A stretch of 64,000 bases of DNA from Candidatus Blackburnbacteria bacterium RIFCSPLOWO2_01_FULL_40_20 (GCA_001816475.1 MHCC01000027.1:11312-75311); one strand, 5' to 3'; counted from the first letter of the stretch, positions 28,670 to 38,247 are shown. Numbers and translations are program-made. The notes: generated by a model from the letters alone, not told the origin.

Positions 28670-28720
28670 GGAAAGATTGTTTGATCTACAAACAATCGAA
28701 CAATCTTTCCTTACTTTTTA
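28670..28720 (+). terminator. rho-independent terminator
   Basis: Perfect 12-bp stem GGAAAGATTGTT/AACAATCTTTCC with 17-nt loop, then TTACTTTTTA. Confidence 0.7.
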
Positions 28721-28723
28721 TAA

Positions 28724-29101
28724 ATGAAACAACAAAATATTAAAGAGGATAAAACCATTAGAATTATATTTCCTACAAAAAAGTTCAAGAAATATCTTGA
28801 AAAATCAGGCGTAAGTTCAACAAAAGAATTAAGTTTAGACTTAATTCATAACGTTTTTGTCGAAACGATAGGAGATTTTAGAAAAGGAGAGCTTTCCTTA
28901 GATGAACTTTCTGGAATATCTAACCATCTTTGGTCAGATGGAATTAGCGACAAAGACAAATTTAATAGTGATTTAGCAAAAACGCTATACTCGGCCGCAG
29001 AGCTGTCTTTTTACGTTAGAAACGTCCAAGATAAGGATGCCGCAAAAAGATTTATTGAGTTTTTGCGTGAAGTTTTAAGCTATACAAGCTCCAACATATA
29101 A
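28724..29101 (+). CDS. hypothetical protein
   Basis: ORF only. Confidence 0.3.
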   Translation: MKQQNIKEDKTIRIIFPTKKFKKYLEKSGVSSTKELSLDLIHNVFVETIGDFRKGELSLDELSGISNHLWSDGISDKDKFNSDLAKTLYSAAELSFYVRNVQDKDAAKRFIEFLREVLSYTSSNI

Positions 29102-29179
29102 AATCTTTCCAAAATTTAATCAAACAATCTCGACATGCTTTATCTCGTTTAAAACCACACTCTCTGTTGACTACCCATA

Positions 29180-29557
29180 ACACAAGTAGTACCCTGTATT
29201 AGGCTGGGTTAGGAATTAGTCGAGAGTGGGTGTTTCGTAACAATTTACGCAATGGAGGGTTCGCCATACCAAGCGGAGACATTTTTACAAGCGGACTTCG
29301 GGCCATAGTGAAATCCCTGGAAGGCAAAGTGGATTTTCCAACAGGCCATCAGACCCAGACCTACCCTGATCGTTATCACGCCAGTCGGGATAGACACGGA
29401 CCTTGGCACTGGACAGACCACGACAAGAAGAAAAACGATCAGACTACCACAATCCGCCTCCCGACTCGAGAACCTAACCAAAGCCAGCTTAGGGAGAGTG
29501 TCCAACTTTAACCTTCACGAGCTAACCACTCTTTTCTCTCCCTAAGCCCTTATTTAT
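29180..29557 (+). ncRNA. candidate structured ncRNA or cis-regulatory leader ending in strong terminator hairpin
   Basis: GC-rich island with overlapping ORFs on both strands (29230-29511 + and 29245-29505 -), ends with perfect 12-bp stem GCTTAGGGAGAG/CTCTCCCTAAGC (29487-29547) plus U-tract running into ATG 29558. Confidence 0.35.
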
Positions 29558-29929
29558 ATGCAAAACAACACAGATTATTTATTAGCCAAATTTTCTCAAG
29601 ATGATGAGTCCGTAAGACTTTTGGCTAAATATTTTGACAAAAATAACATCCAATTATCCGCGCGAAAGCTCAACGAAAAAGATCTTGAAGTTATTTTTGC
29701 TTCTTTAGTGGAGGATTATTTGGAATATAGGATAGATCCCGATACATTGGGATACCTTTGCGGAAAAATCGTTTATTGTCTGATTCAAGACGACAAATAT
29801 TTATGTAATACTCATATAGGAGGTTTGCTAAGTAGAATAGGTGATTGGGATATAGACCTAAGACATAATCCGGAAAGTGTGGGCGAAGTTTTGCAAACGA
29901 TTTTAGATGAATATAAAAGAATTAAATAA
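29558..29929 (+). CDS. hypothetical protein
   Basis: ORF only; start codon sits inside the U-tract of the upstream terminator. Confidence 0.3.
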   Translation: MQNNTDYLLAKFSQDDESVRLLAKYFDKNNIQLSARKLNEKDLEVIFASLVEDYLEYRIDPDTLGYLCGKIVYCLIQDDKYLCNTHIGGLLSRIGDWDIDLRHNPESVGEVLQTILDEYKRIK

Positions 29930-29936
29930 CTCCGTT

Positions 29937-30713
29937 TTATTTTTTAAATTCAATTGTTTCTATGTCTTCTTTACAACTTATTAGAAAATCGTCGATATTT
30001 TGATTTTTTGTTTTATACATTAGGTATTTTTTCCTAAAATAGCCTTGAATAGATATGTCCGTTTGGTTTTTGGAATATGCTTGATAATTGTATTCGGGAT
30101 AACCAAATGTCTCAGCATCGGGTATAAGTCTCAATAAAACAGGATCAGCATTCAAGATTGAAACTAATATTTCACTCAGATGCCAATAATCATGGGGGGG
30201 CTTCGAAAGTATCTTCTATACTATTTGGGAAAAGCTCCCTCCACTTCTTGAAATATATAAAATGAGTAACTTCGTGGAGTATTGTTGCCAATGATCGAAA
30301 TATGTAATCTTTGAAGTAAATCTGGAAACTTAGGGATTGCAAATCTCTTGGATATAATCGAACTATACCCATATAACAAACTATGCTCTCCAGTCCTTTC
30401 AAATCGGTATTCAACAACTCAGAAAGTCTTTGAAAAACTTTCTTTTCCAGTTTAGTCCAAACACTGTGAATGTTCCCATTGTAAGCCTCTAACTCGTCCT
30501 TGTGTTTCTGAAAATATTCATCAACATAATCCTTTATTGCCTTCTTTTGAAAATTGATATTCTTATTTTTAGAAATTATTTTTTTTAGGGTAAGATGGTC
30601 TTCCTGTAAAAATTTTTACCGTTTCCTTTTTAAACGGATTATCCTCTAAAAGAAAAAAATAGAGAGATTCGGTTACCGCTTGTGGTTCTGTCTTAAAATA
30701 TAAATTAGTCATA
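29937..30713 (-). pseudogene. fragmented HExxH (putative zinc metallopeptidase) gene with at least two frameshifts
   Basis: Three consecutive minus-strand pieces read through as one ~255-aa protein (..ILHEVTHFIY..); frame breaks coincide with the G7 run at 30195-30202 and the T8 run near 30578-30585. Confidence 0.45.
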
Positions 30714-30802
30714 GCACCTCATTAAATCAATCAAAAAAATGCAAATATTGGGTAAATTATAGCAGGTTTAGAAAACACTTTAAGGGTTGCAAATCTAATC
30801 TC

Positions 30803-31866
30803 TCGTAAGTTCTAAATCGAATCGCAACCCCCTTAGGTAGAATATCTAGTAAGGGGGTGAGAAAGCATAAAACACAAGAAGATTACTGATATTGAACGCG
30901 ATTCAATAGCCCTTTGGCATTCTCAAGGTGATTCAAACAGTGAGATTGCAAAGAGGCTGGGAAAGCATATCTCAAATATAGGACGGGAGATAAAGAGAAA
31001 CTCTTTTGAGGGTAGATATTACGTGGCAATTCATGCCCAGGCAAAAAGTAGTACCAGAAAATCACAAGCTGGTAAAAGACACCCTTTGAAAAATAAGGAA
31101 GTTTTCAGGTGGGTCATTACCAGGTTAATGCGTGGCTGGAGTCCTGAACAGATATCAGGCAGGATGAAGCTGGTTTTTCCTCGCAACCTAAGGATAAGAA
31201 TTACTCCCGAGACCATTTACTCATTCATCTATTCAGAGGAATATAAACACAGAAAGTTCTGGGAATACCTGCCTTGGGGAAGAAAGAAAAGGAGACACAA
31301 AGCCGGCAGGCATGTCCACAGAGGTAGAATCCCAGATAGAATCAGCATTCACAATAGACCGGTTCTGATAGATCAGAGAGTGGAGTTTGGTCACTTTGAG
31401 GGTGATACGGTTGAAGGGAAGGGGCATAAAGATGGGGTACATACCGAGGTTGAAAGAGTTTCCAGAAAGTTCTTTGCCAAACTTGTTGCCAGGATTAGCT
31501 CAGAAGAAGCAATTAAAGCTCAAAGTGAGATCTTCTCCCCTCTCCCTGCCCTTGCCCGTAAGTCAACAACCTTGGACAATGGGAGAGAAAACCATCTGCA
31601 CATACAGCTTAAAGAGCTGGGAATGGATACCTTCTTTTGTGACCCATATTCCTCTTGGCAAAGAGGATCAAATGAGTACCACAACGGACTATTAAGAAGG
31701 TACTTTCCCAAGGGAACTGATTTTAAAACCATATCCCAGCAGGAGATTGATGAGTGTGTGGAAGAGATAAACAATAGGCCTAGAAAATGTCTTGGATTTT
31801 ACACCCCTAATGAGGTATTCTTAAGAGAGCTACAAAAGGGAGGGGTTGCGATTCAACCTTGAATGT
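30803..31866 (+). mobile_element. IS30-family insertion sequence, copy 1 (1064 bp), start of transposase frameshifted
   Basis: Ends conserved with copy 2 (tcgtaagttctaaatcgaatcgcaacccc ... ggggttgcgattcaa..ttgaatgt), inverted core gaatcgcaacccc. Confidence 0.7.
31023..31862 (+). CDS. IS30-family transposase (N-terminal HTH region out of frame)
   Basis: ~70% identical to transposase at 60934-61938; the HTH-encoding N-terminal part (from 30861) is in frame with this body, but the upstream GTG start is shifted +1 by a single extra base, so the track ORF begins at a downstream GTG. Confidence 0.75.
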   Translation: MAIHAQAKSSTRKSQAGKRHPLKNKEVFRWVITRLMRGWSPEQISGRMKLVFPRNLRIRITPETIYSFIYSEEYKHRKFWEYLPWGRKKRRHKAGRHVHRGRIPDRISIHNRPVLIDQRVEFGHFEGDTVEGKGHKDGVHTEVERVSRKFFAKLVARISSEEAIKAQSEIFSPLPALARKSTTLDNGRENHLHIQLKELGMDTFFCDPYSSWQRGSNEYHNGLLRRYFPKGTDFKTISQQEIDECVEEINNRPRKCLGFYTPNEVFLRELQKGGVAIQP

Positions 31867-31873
31867 AAGTCTT

Positions 31874-31943
31874 GTTAAGGTTTTTACTCAAGTGGTATAA
31901 TTATTCACAAAGCATTTTGCTTCGCAAAACTTGACAAATAACT
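31874..31943. repeat. intergenic repeat element copy C with TTGACA box, upstream of 31984 gene
   Basis: gttaaggttt..agtggtataattattcacaaagcattttgcttcgcaaaacttgacaaataact. Confidence 0.7.
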
Positions 31944-31983
31944 ACAGGGCATGGTAATCTAACCTATATTATTGGTTTAAAGC

Positions 31984-33735
31984 ATGTCAAGAAAAGAGTA
32001 CCTGCCATACGGCAGAATATTCAATAGGCTTGCTCAAGGAAGCGAGGCTCGCAACGCTCAAAGGGACCATTTGAGCCTAGAGCCTCAACAAAAGGTGCCT
32101 GAACCGGCGCCCGGTGAGATGTCCCCCGAAACCGCCCCCGCCTTTACCCCCTCTGCCCCAACCACCACTCTTGAGTCACCCGCCCCTTTCACCCTTACTA
32201 CCCTTACCCAAGAAATCACAACAACCACAGCTTCCGAAAAACCGGCTCAGGCGCAAATAATAGAAAACATCGCCGCTCCAGAAACAAAAACTCCAGGAGT
32301 ATTAGGATTTTATAAGAAGCTTAAAACCCCAATTCACATTGCTGCTGTAGTAATTACTATGACAGCCGGACAACTATTAGGTCGCAGCCCAAGCGAAGGC
32401 AAAGCAAAGGAAGGAATAAAACCAGGACAAGGCATAACAGAAATCCAAGACGCCGGCATGCCCTCAAAACAAGCTATTGAAGGAACAAGAAAAGAGCTGG
32501 CAATAAACCCTGAGATTAAAACATATACGGACTACAAAGTAATTGATTTGAAAAGCAACGGCAATGAGCTGGTGACGATTTCAGAGGTTGGGGGAAAAAG
32601 GTATGTGAGCACTAACTCTAAAGATAGTATAGGTAACGATATTATAAAGAGTGTTGGAACCCCACCTTTTTATGCACTTTCAGCCGCAAGATCTGGAAAT
32701 AATATTGTTGTTGTGGGAGACAAAGAAGCCCGATCCAACCAAGGCAGAGCATGGTTCACAACTGACGCGGGCAAGAACTGGAGATTAATTGAAAGTAGTG
32801 TTGGAACAATGTGGGCAGTGCAGCTTACCCCGGACAATAAATATGCCTATATTTCAGCTTCAAGCGTGAATCTTGAAAATGGAGTGCTTGTTTCGCGTTT
32901 AGACCTTGCAAATTCAACAGTAACAAACTTTACGGTATCGGGTACTCCTTCGGGAGAATCTATACGCATTCTGACCCCATTAGTGGCGGTAGAGGGTTCA
33001 TATAAAAGTTATGCTGCCATACCTCTCAACACGGGGTATTACGAGATCACCCATTTAGCAGATAGAATAGATGCTGTCAGGTTTAATATTGATGAAGGTT
33101 ACGCCAGAGGAGAAATTACTAATTTTACAAACAGCCAAGGAGAGCAAGAAGTTTGGCTGATTAATAACGATGTTGGAGGTTATCCTCCAAATAATTCAAG
33201 CCGGAGAACTGGAACCATTTATCGCAACATCGATAACGTTTTAAGTAGCGTTATACAACCAAAAACTTCCTTCCATCCAGAAGCTGGAACAAATAGCGGC
33301 ATAGTAGTATCGACAGCTGCAGCTGAAGTTCACCTAGATCTGGGCTTTATGGCTGTTGGAGCCGAAATCGGCGATGGCGGGTTAAGTACTAAAATCGAAA
33401 CATTCCCGATATCTGATCCTGTTAACTTAGAAAAAAGAGAACTAGTCCCTCAAGACGGAGATTGGCCTCAGATTTTATCAAACAAAGAACGAGTGGAGGT
33501 CAGATCCTTGAAAGTTTTGAGCGTAGAAGGGAAAAAGGTTTTAGTTGCGAACATTCAAAAATGGGAATATGTTTACGACTCTTCCACAAACACTGAAAAG
33601 CTTGTTTTCCAAACGGGGGGGCTACTAGAAAGGGATATTACCCAGGGAGTTTCATCAGAAAAACAATGGAGGAAAGCTTCTTCAATTGAAGAAATAATAA
33701 AACATCAAGTCTATATACCAAATGTGGTTAGGTAA
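31984..33735 (+). CDS. membrane-anchored protein with Pro/Thr-rich linker and BNR/Asp-box beta-propeller-like domain
   Basis: PT-rich region aa 35-85, TM helix IHIAAVVITMTAG, Asp-box-like TTDAGKNW. Confidence 0.45.
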   Translation: MSRKEYLPYGRIFNRLAQGSEARNAQRDHLSLEPQQKVPEPAPGEMSPETAPAFTPSAPTTTLESPAPFTLTTLTQEITTTTASEKPAQAQIIENIAAPETKTPGVLGFYKKLKTPIHIAAVVITMTAGQLLGRSPSEGKAKEGIKPGQGITEIQDAGMPSKQAIEGTRKELAINPEIKTYTDYKVIDLKSNGNELVTISEVGGKRYVSTNSKDSIGNDIIKSVGTPPFYALSAARSGNNIVVVGDKEARSNQGRAWFTTDAGKNWRLIESSVGTMWAVQLTPDNKYAYISASSVNLENGVLVSRLDLANSTVTNFTVSGTPSGESIRILTPLVAVEGSYKSYAAIPLNTGYYEITHLADRIDAVRFNIDEGYARGEITNFTNSQGEQEVWLINNDVGGYPPNNSSRRTGTIYRNIDNVLSSVIQPKTSFHPEAGTNSGIVVSTAAAEVHLDLGFMAVGAEIGDGGLSTKIETFPISDPVNLEKRELVPQDGDWPQILSNKERVEVRSLKVLSVEGKKVLVANIQKWEYVYDSSTNTEKLVFQTGGLLERDITQGVSSEKQWRKASSIEEIIKHQVYIPNVVR

Positions 33736-33743
33736 TAATTTAC

Positions 33744-35498
33744 TTAAGGAGTAATTAATTTACAACCATCCGTATCTGGGTTTGAGGTTTGACAATCAGG
33801 AATAAGGACCTTTTGAACGGGAGTTGAGCCGTCTTCCAAATAAGCAGCAGTGTACATGTTTTTACTACTAAAAGCGTCACTAAACCGAATTTCCCAACTG
33901 ACCTTATTTCCTTCCACACCCCTCCCCCAAACAACATACATCTCCGTATCAGAATCATTTTTTACCGGCCTTCCATCACTCGGAATCGAACTCCAAAGTG
34001 TTTTGTTCCATACATAAAAAGTTCCGTCTGAGTCGTATCTAAGTAAAATTCCATTTTGGGGGTTTGCTACCCTACTTGAAGCATCCGTAACAAACGTGTT
34101 TGCGTCTGTCAGTTTTGCACCCAGCGTTGAGTTGCTGTTATACATTGCCACATAATATTTATTAACAGAACTACTTCCTGGAGTGACTGTCAGCGAAACT
34201 TTCATCGGATTAACCCAACTTGAGCCGTTGGGAGCAATCTTGCCGGAATGAGTCGTAACTCCACTAAAGGTAGTTTGACTAGCTGTGGCGTTTGCAATTT
34301 TGAGAGTGCTGATTTTTGGGGCCGAATTGCCAACGGTCAATGAAGCATAACTCCCATCTCCGCAAGGCCAAAAGCCGCTATAAGACCAAGACGTAACGTA
34401 GGGGTTGCCAGCACAATTAAGATTATTTTCTCCATTATGGACTGTAGTACCAAAATAATAAGTTCCTGTAGATTTTGGGGTCCATTCTGCTCTCCTAATA
34501 TTTCCACCCATGACATAAAAAGTGTCAATCGTTCCTCCTCCTATCCGGCACCAAGGAGACCCTGCGTTCGCTGGAACTCCTCCATTTTCAGAGCATTCGG
34601 AAGGAAGGCTGGCGGATCCACCATTGTCCTTTGTAACGAAAATGTATGCGTTAGACACATAGCCGGTTTGTCCAGCCATCCCTAATAAGCTACCAATATA
34701 TTCGGTATACACCAGAGTATCTACTAAATCGCCTACTAAAGCAGCGCAACTACTTGCGCTTTTACATGTCACATATCCCGTGGGGGGATAATTGGCATTA
34801 ACAACTGCTCTGTCCAACTCTGTATCTCCCGCAAAAAGAACAAAGAGTTTTCCAGGAAAGTTTATCCAATTTATATCATCTGATCCACTAGGATTACCGT
34901 TTACCGGACTTCCATTTGTTCTACTTACCGTTGTACTCGACGAGCTTAAAGTTGTGTTTGTTCCATCGCTGCCCCAATTATATAAATTACCAGAGTGTGA
35001 AGTTAAATCGAATGCATACAATCCCACGTTGCTCGCATTTGAAGTGGTGAAGCTTACATTTGGCAGGGGAATAGTAACACCAGTCGAACTACGACAGAGG
35101 TTGTTGTTATGGTTTAGAACACAAGGGTTGTTTGACGTTGTGATTGATCCTGTCGGGTCGCTGGGGGCGGGGGCAGACTCTCCTCCTCCTCCACCAGATG
35201 GGACTCCTGGAGTGTAACAATATCCGCATTCCCCTGAGCAAACAGCACCCGTCACACAACCAACACCTTGAATCCCGCTGCCCGAACAATTACCACTTTG
35301 ATTACAAACGTAAGTCGTTACTGCAGGATTACAGGTTCTGCTATCTCCGCTGCCGTCACTACACCATTGAGTTCCGTCGCACCCTTCAGTGCTACAACTA
35401 CAATCACCCCAAGACTCACAAGCATTTGCAATGCTTGTTTTTGGTAAAAATAAAAAATAGAACGTTGCAGCAACTGAAAGGAAGATTAACTTAAACAT
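33744..35498 (-). CDS. secreted Cys-rich protein with long Asn/Ser/Thr/Gly-rich domain
   Basis: Signal peptide MFKLIFLSVAATFYFLFLPKTSIANA; ~90-aa block with >20 Cys (CESWGDCSCSTEGCDG..), 584 aa. Confidence 0.5.
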   Translation of the reverse strand: MFKLIFLSVAATFYFLFLPKTSIANACESWGDCSCSTEGCDGTQWCSDGSGDSRTCNPAVTTYVCNQSGNCSGSGIQGVGCVTGAVCSGECGYCYTPGVPSGGGGGESAPAPSDPTGSITTSNNPCVLNHNNNLCRSSTGVTIPLPNVSFTTSNASNVGLYAFDLTSHSGNLYNWGSDGTNTTLSSSSTTVSRTNGSPVNGNPSGSDDINWINFPGKLFVLFAGDTELDRAVVNANYPPTGYVTCKSASSCAALVGDLVDTLVYTEYIGSLLGMAGQTGYVSNAYIFVTKDNGGSASLPSECSENGGVPANAGSPWCRIGGGTIDTFYVMGGNIRRAEWTPKSTGTYYFGTTVHNGENNLNCAGNPYVTSWSYSGFWPCGDGSYASLTVGNSAPKISTLKIANATASQTTFSGVTTHSGKIAPNGSSWVNPMKVSLTVTPGSSSVNKYYVAMYNSNSTLGAKLTDANTFVTDASSRVANPQNGILLRYDSDGTFYVWNKTLWSSIPSDGRPVKNDSDTEMYVVWGRGVEGNKVSWEIRFSDAFSSKNMYTAAYLEDGSTPVQKVLIPDCQTSNPDTDGCKLITP

Positions 35499-36059
35499 TT
35501 ATTTTTCTACGATTGCAAGCCTTGTAATTTTTCCTTCTTCCGGCTTACTCATATCAAAAGAATAGTCCATCAATATTTGATCGCCCGCTTTTATTTCTGA
35601 AGCTGTAAATTCAGACTGTTTGCCCTGCGAATCTACTTTCACAACTAGATCTTTCGAAGATTTAGGTAGAAAAAATTTCCTTCCCAAATCTTGTCCAACC
35701 GGACTATACATCTCCAATTCAAATCCTTCATTATTGTTTGTGGGCGAAATACTCTTTATATTGCCTTGAAGTTGATATGAAACCATCACTCTTTTAATTG
35801 TCGATTTCTCAATTGCAAAAAGTGGACTACTAGGGGAAAGGAAAGGAGCAATAGAAGGAGAGGGGGAAGTAACAGGCTGTTGGGATACTTTGTTGTCTTT
35901 TTTAAGAGCTATCGATTGCAACAAATCTTTTTTGTAAGCCACTCCAATTGCGGCGAGTATAAGAAGAAAGACAACTCCGACTATTATGTAAATCAATTTT
36001 GGACCGAGAGGTGTGGCAACTTTTTTTTCAGGAACTTGTTGGGGTAATTGGGATTCCAT
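35499..36059 (-). CDS. membrane-anchored hypothetical protein
   Basis: One N-terminal TM helix, 186 aa; abuts Cys-rich protein gene. Confidence 0.35.
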   Translation of the reverse strand: MESQLPQQVPEKKVATPLGPKLIYIIVGVVFLLILAAIGVAYKKDLLQSIALKKDNKVSQQPVTSPSPSIAPFLSPSSPLFAIEKSTIKRVMVSYQLQGNIKSISPTNNNEGFELEMYSPVGQDLGRKFFLPKSSKDLVVKVDSQGKQSEFTASEIKAGDQILMDYSFDMSKPEEGKITRLAIVEK

Positions 36060-36202
36060 ACTTTACATAACTTGGAAAAGCAAGTTACTATCATCTAATC
36101 ATCTTACAGCCCTCTTGTCAATGCCTGGGTTCTATTGATACAGTTCTATTGATACAAATAGATCTAATTGAATTTTGACAACTTTAGCTTTAATATAAAC
36201 TC

Positions 36203-36442
36203 ATGACAAAGAAACAAAAAGAAGAGTTTATGGGATTGTTGGTACAATTTTTCCATGAGGTAATTGCGCCTGTTTTGAAAGAAAATAAGACAGAATTAAA
36301 AGAAGAAATGAAGGATCTGAGGCATACGGTTGATAGAATAGAAAGAAGGCTGGAAACATACGACGACAGGTTTGATAGACATGATGAAAGACTTACAAAA
36401 CTTGAAAAAATCCATCCTCAAAACAAACACGTTCTCGATTAA
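36203..36442 (+). CDS. small coiled-coil protein
   Basis: 79 aa, charged heptad-like sequence. Confidence 0.3.
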   Translation: MTKKQKEEFMGLLVQFFHEVIAPVLKENKTELKEEMKDLRHTVDRIERRLETYDDRFDRHDERLTKLEKIHPQNKHVLD

Positions 36443-36630
36443 AGTTAAAGTTTAGCAATCTGTGCAGTACATTATCATGTAATCATCTTCTTTTCATCTT
36501 GTCAACACCTCGACACCACATGGAGAATGTATTCATTACTTGTCATATTTTCTGTTGTTTATTAATAAATCTGCTACTTTCTCCTAATTTTTAATCCTAC
36601 CTGCTTTGAGAAAAATAACAGTGTAACATC

Positions 36631-38247
36631 TCAGTCAGAAATCTTAATATTATTTTGCTGAATGAAATACTCCAATTGTAGGGTAGCAAGTAAAAAACTA
36701 AGAGCATCTCCTTCAAGATATTTATGGGTGTCCCCCTTTTTCATATCATCGATAATCTCGCTAGCTTTTATCCATCCTTTTTGCGCCAAAATGGATTTCT
36801 TGAGAACTGAGATTATAAAATCTTGTTTCTTATCCAAAAAAAGTTGGACATGACCTACCGGGCCTTCTTTTGGTCTAAACTGGCTAGGAGCAAAAATCTC
36901 TTCGCGTGTTTTCCAAATTTCTTGTTTTGATAAAGCCTTAGAACCTTTACGGGGAATCATACGCGCTAGTTGCACCAACCGGGGATCGATAAAGGGAGTC
37001 ATTGGCCAAATCCCAGTTTCCCAGTAAACGGGAAAAAGACCGGAATTTACCAATATGGCCGATGGTGAAATAATTGAAGGGAATATTTTTTTTCTTTGAA
37101 AACGCTCTTTGTCTAGTAACGCTTGTATACCTTTGTCTGTAAAAATCTTATCGAGACCAAATTTTAATTTTTTAACGGTCCAAAAATATTCTTCCTGGAC
37201 AGGGAAAGGGGAAAGTACATCCATCGCATGGGCTTTATATATCTCGTCTCCTCCCTCGCCGGTAAATTCGATTTTTATTCCTTCTTTAGCTGGATAGGAG
37301 TAAAAGTGGAATAGTAACCCTTCAGCAATCTGATTAGGGATTTTTGCTGCCCGCTTTAAATCGTTCTTGCTCGCAAAAGGATAGAAAGGATCTTCGTTGA
37401 TATATTTAATAATCAAGCCGTATTTTTGCGCTAATTCTTCCACTATTTTGGGGTGTGTATCACCAAGTGTATATTTAGAGATACCACAGTAGCACTTAAA
37501 ACTTTTTTTTGTCTGTTTTTTGAGTAAATATACGACAAGAGAGCTGTCGAAGCCGGATGATATGTCCCCCGCGAAAGGAAGGTGCTCTATCGAAGAAAGC
37601 CGCTCGGCTATAGTTCGCTTCAATGATAAAAGAAAGTCATTCGAAAATTTTTCAGCGGATGCGTAAGGTTGCTGTCGTTGCTCGAGAAATTTGTCCAAAT
37701 CCACTAATGGTGTCAAGGAGTACGAGAAGTCGTTCTTAATCTTCAAAAGAGTTGCTGGCGGGACCTGATTAATCTCAGCAACAACTGTTTGATCACTTAC
37801 TAGTATTTGTCGGGAAATGAGTCCAAAAGCAGCTCCAATGTTAAGAGTAAGAGAGGACAATTTATCCTTCACTGTTTCAAAATCTGTTGACAGAACGAAT
37901 TTATCGTCCTCAACTGAGAAAAAACAAGGGAATTTCCCCGTTTGATCGGTGAGAAGAAAAATTTCGTTTTTTGCGAAATCACAATATATAATTAAAAAAT
38001 CTCCAACCAAATTTCCCAAGAGATCCCAGCCGCCTTCTTTACAAAGCTCAACGATTTCTTCGAACGTTACTTTCTTGTTGTAACAAACGAAATAACCAGC
38101 ACAAAAGAAACCTTTACCTGTCAAATGGAAGCTAGGCGGAAATGTTCTTTCGGGTAATACAAATCCTTTCGCTACTATCTCCGACAACAGTCCATCTTTT
38201 AATAATTTTTTAGGAATTTCTAAATAAAGGTGGGAGAGTTTCTTCAT
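36631..38247 (-). CDS. asparagine synthetase-like adenylating enzyme (lasso-cyclase-like), paralog 2
   Basis: 538 aa, DISSGFDSSLVVYLLK PP-loop-like, no N-terminal Cys; paralog of 25716-27350; ATGA overlap with PqqD-like gene. Confidence 0.7.
   Translation of the reverse strand: MKKLSHLYLEIPKKLLKDGLLSEIVAKGFVLPERTFPPSFHLTGKGFFCAGYFVCYNKKVTFEEIVELCKEGGWDLLGNLVGDFLIIYCDFAKNEIFLLTDQTGKFPCFFSVEDDKFVLSTDFETVKDKLSSLTLNIGAAFGLISRQILVSDQTVVAEINQVPPATLLKIKNDFSYSLTPLVDLDKFLEQRQQPYASAEKFSNDFLLSLKRTIAERLSSIEHLPFAGDISSGFDSSLVVYLLKKQTKKSFKCYCGISKYTLGDTHPKIVEELAQKYGLIIKYINEDPFYPFASKNDLKRAAKIPNQIAEGLLFHFYSYPAKEGIKIEFTGEGGDEIYKAHAMDVLSPFPVQEEYFWTVKKLKFGLDKIFTDKGIQALLDKERFQRKKIFPSIISPSAILVNSGLFPVYWETGIWPMTPFIDPRLVQLARMIPRKGSKALSKQEIWKTREEIFAPSQFRPKEGPVGHVQLFLDKKQDFIISVLKKSILAQKGWIKASEIIDDMKKGDTHKYLEGDALSFLLATLQLEYFIQQNNIKISD

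Noticed and set aside
33744-35498. Cys/Ser/Gly-rich N-terminal block of the 584-aa protein as a TOMM/LAP precursor core for the YcaO system
   Set aside because: It follows a classical signal peptide and is part of a long secreted protein, not a short leader-core peptide. More consistent with a disulfide-rich extracellular domain.
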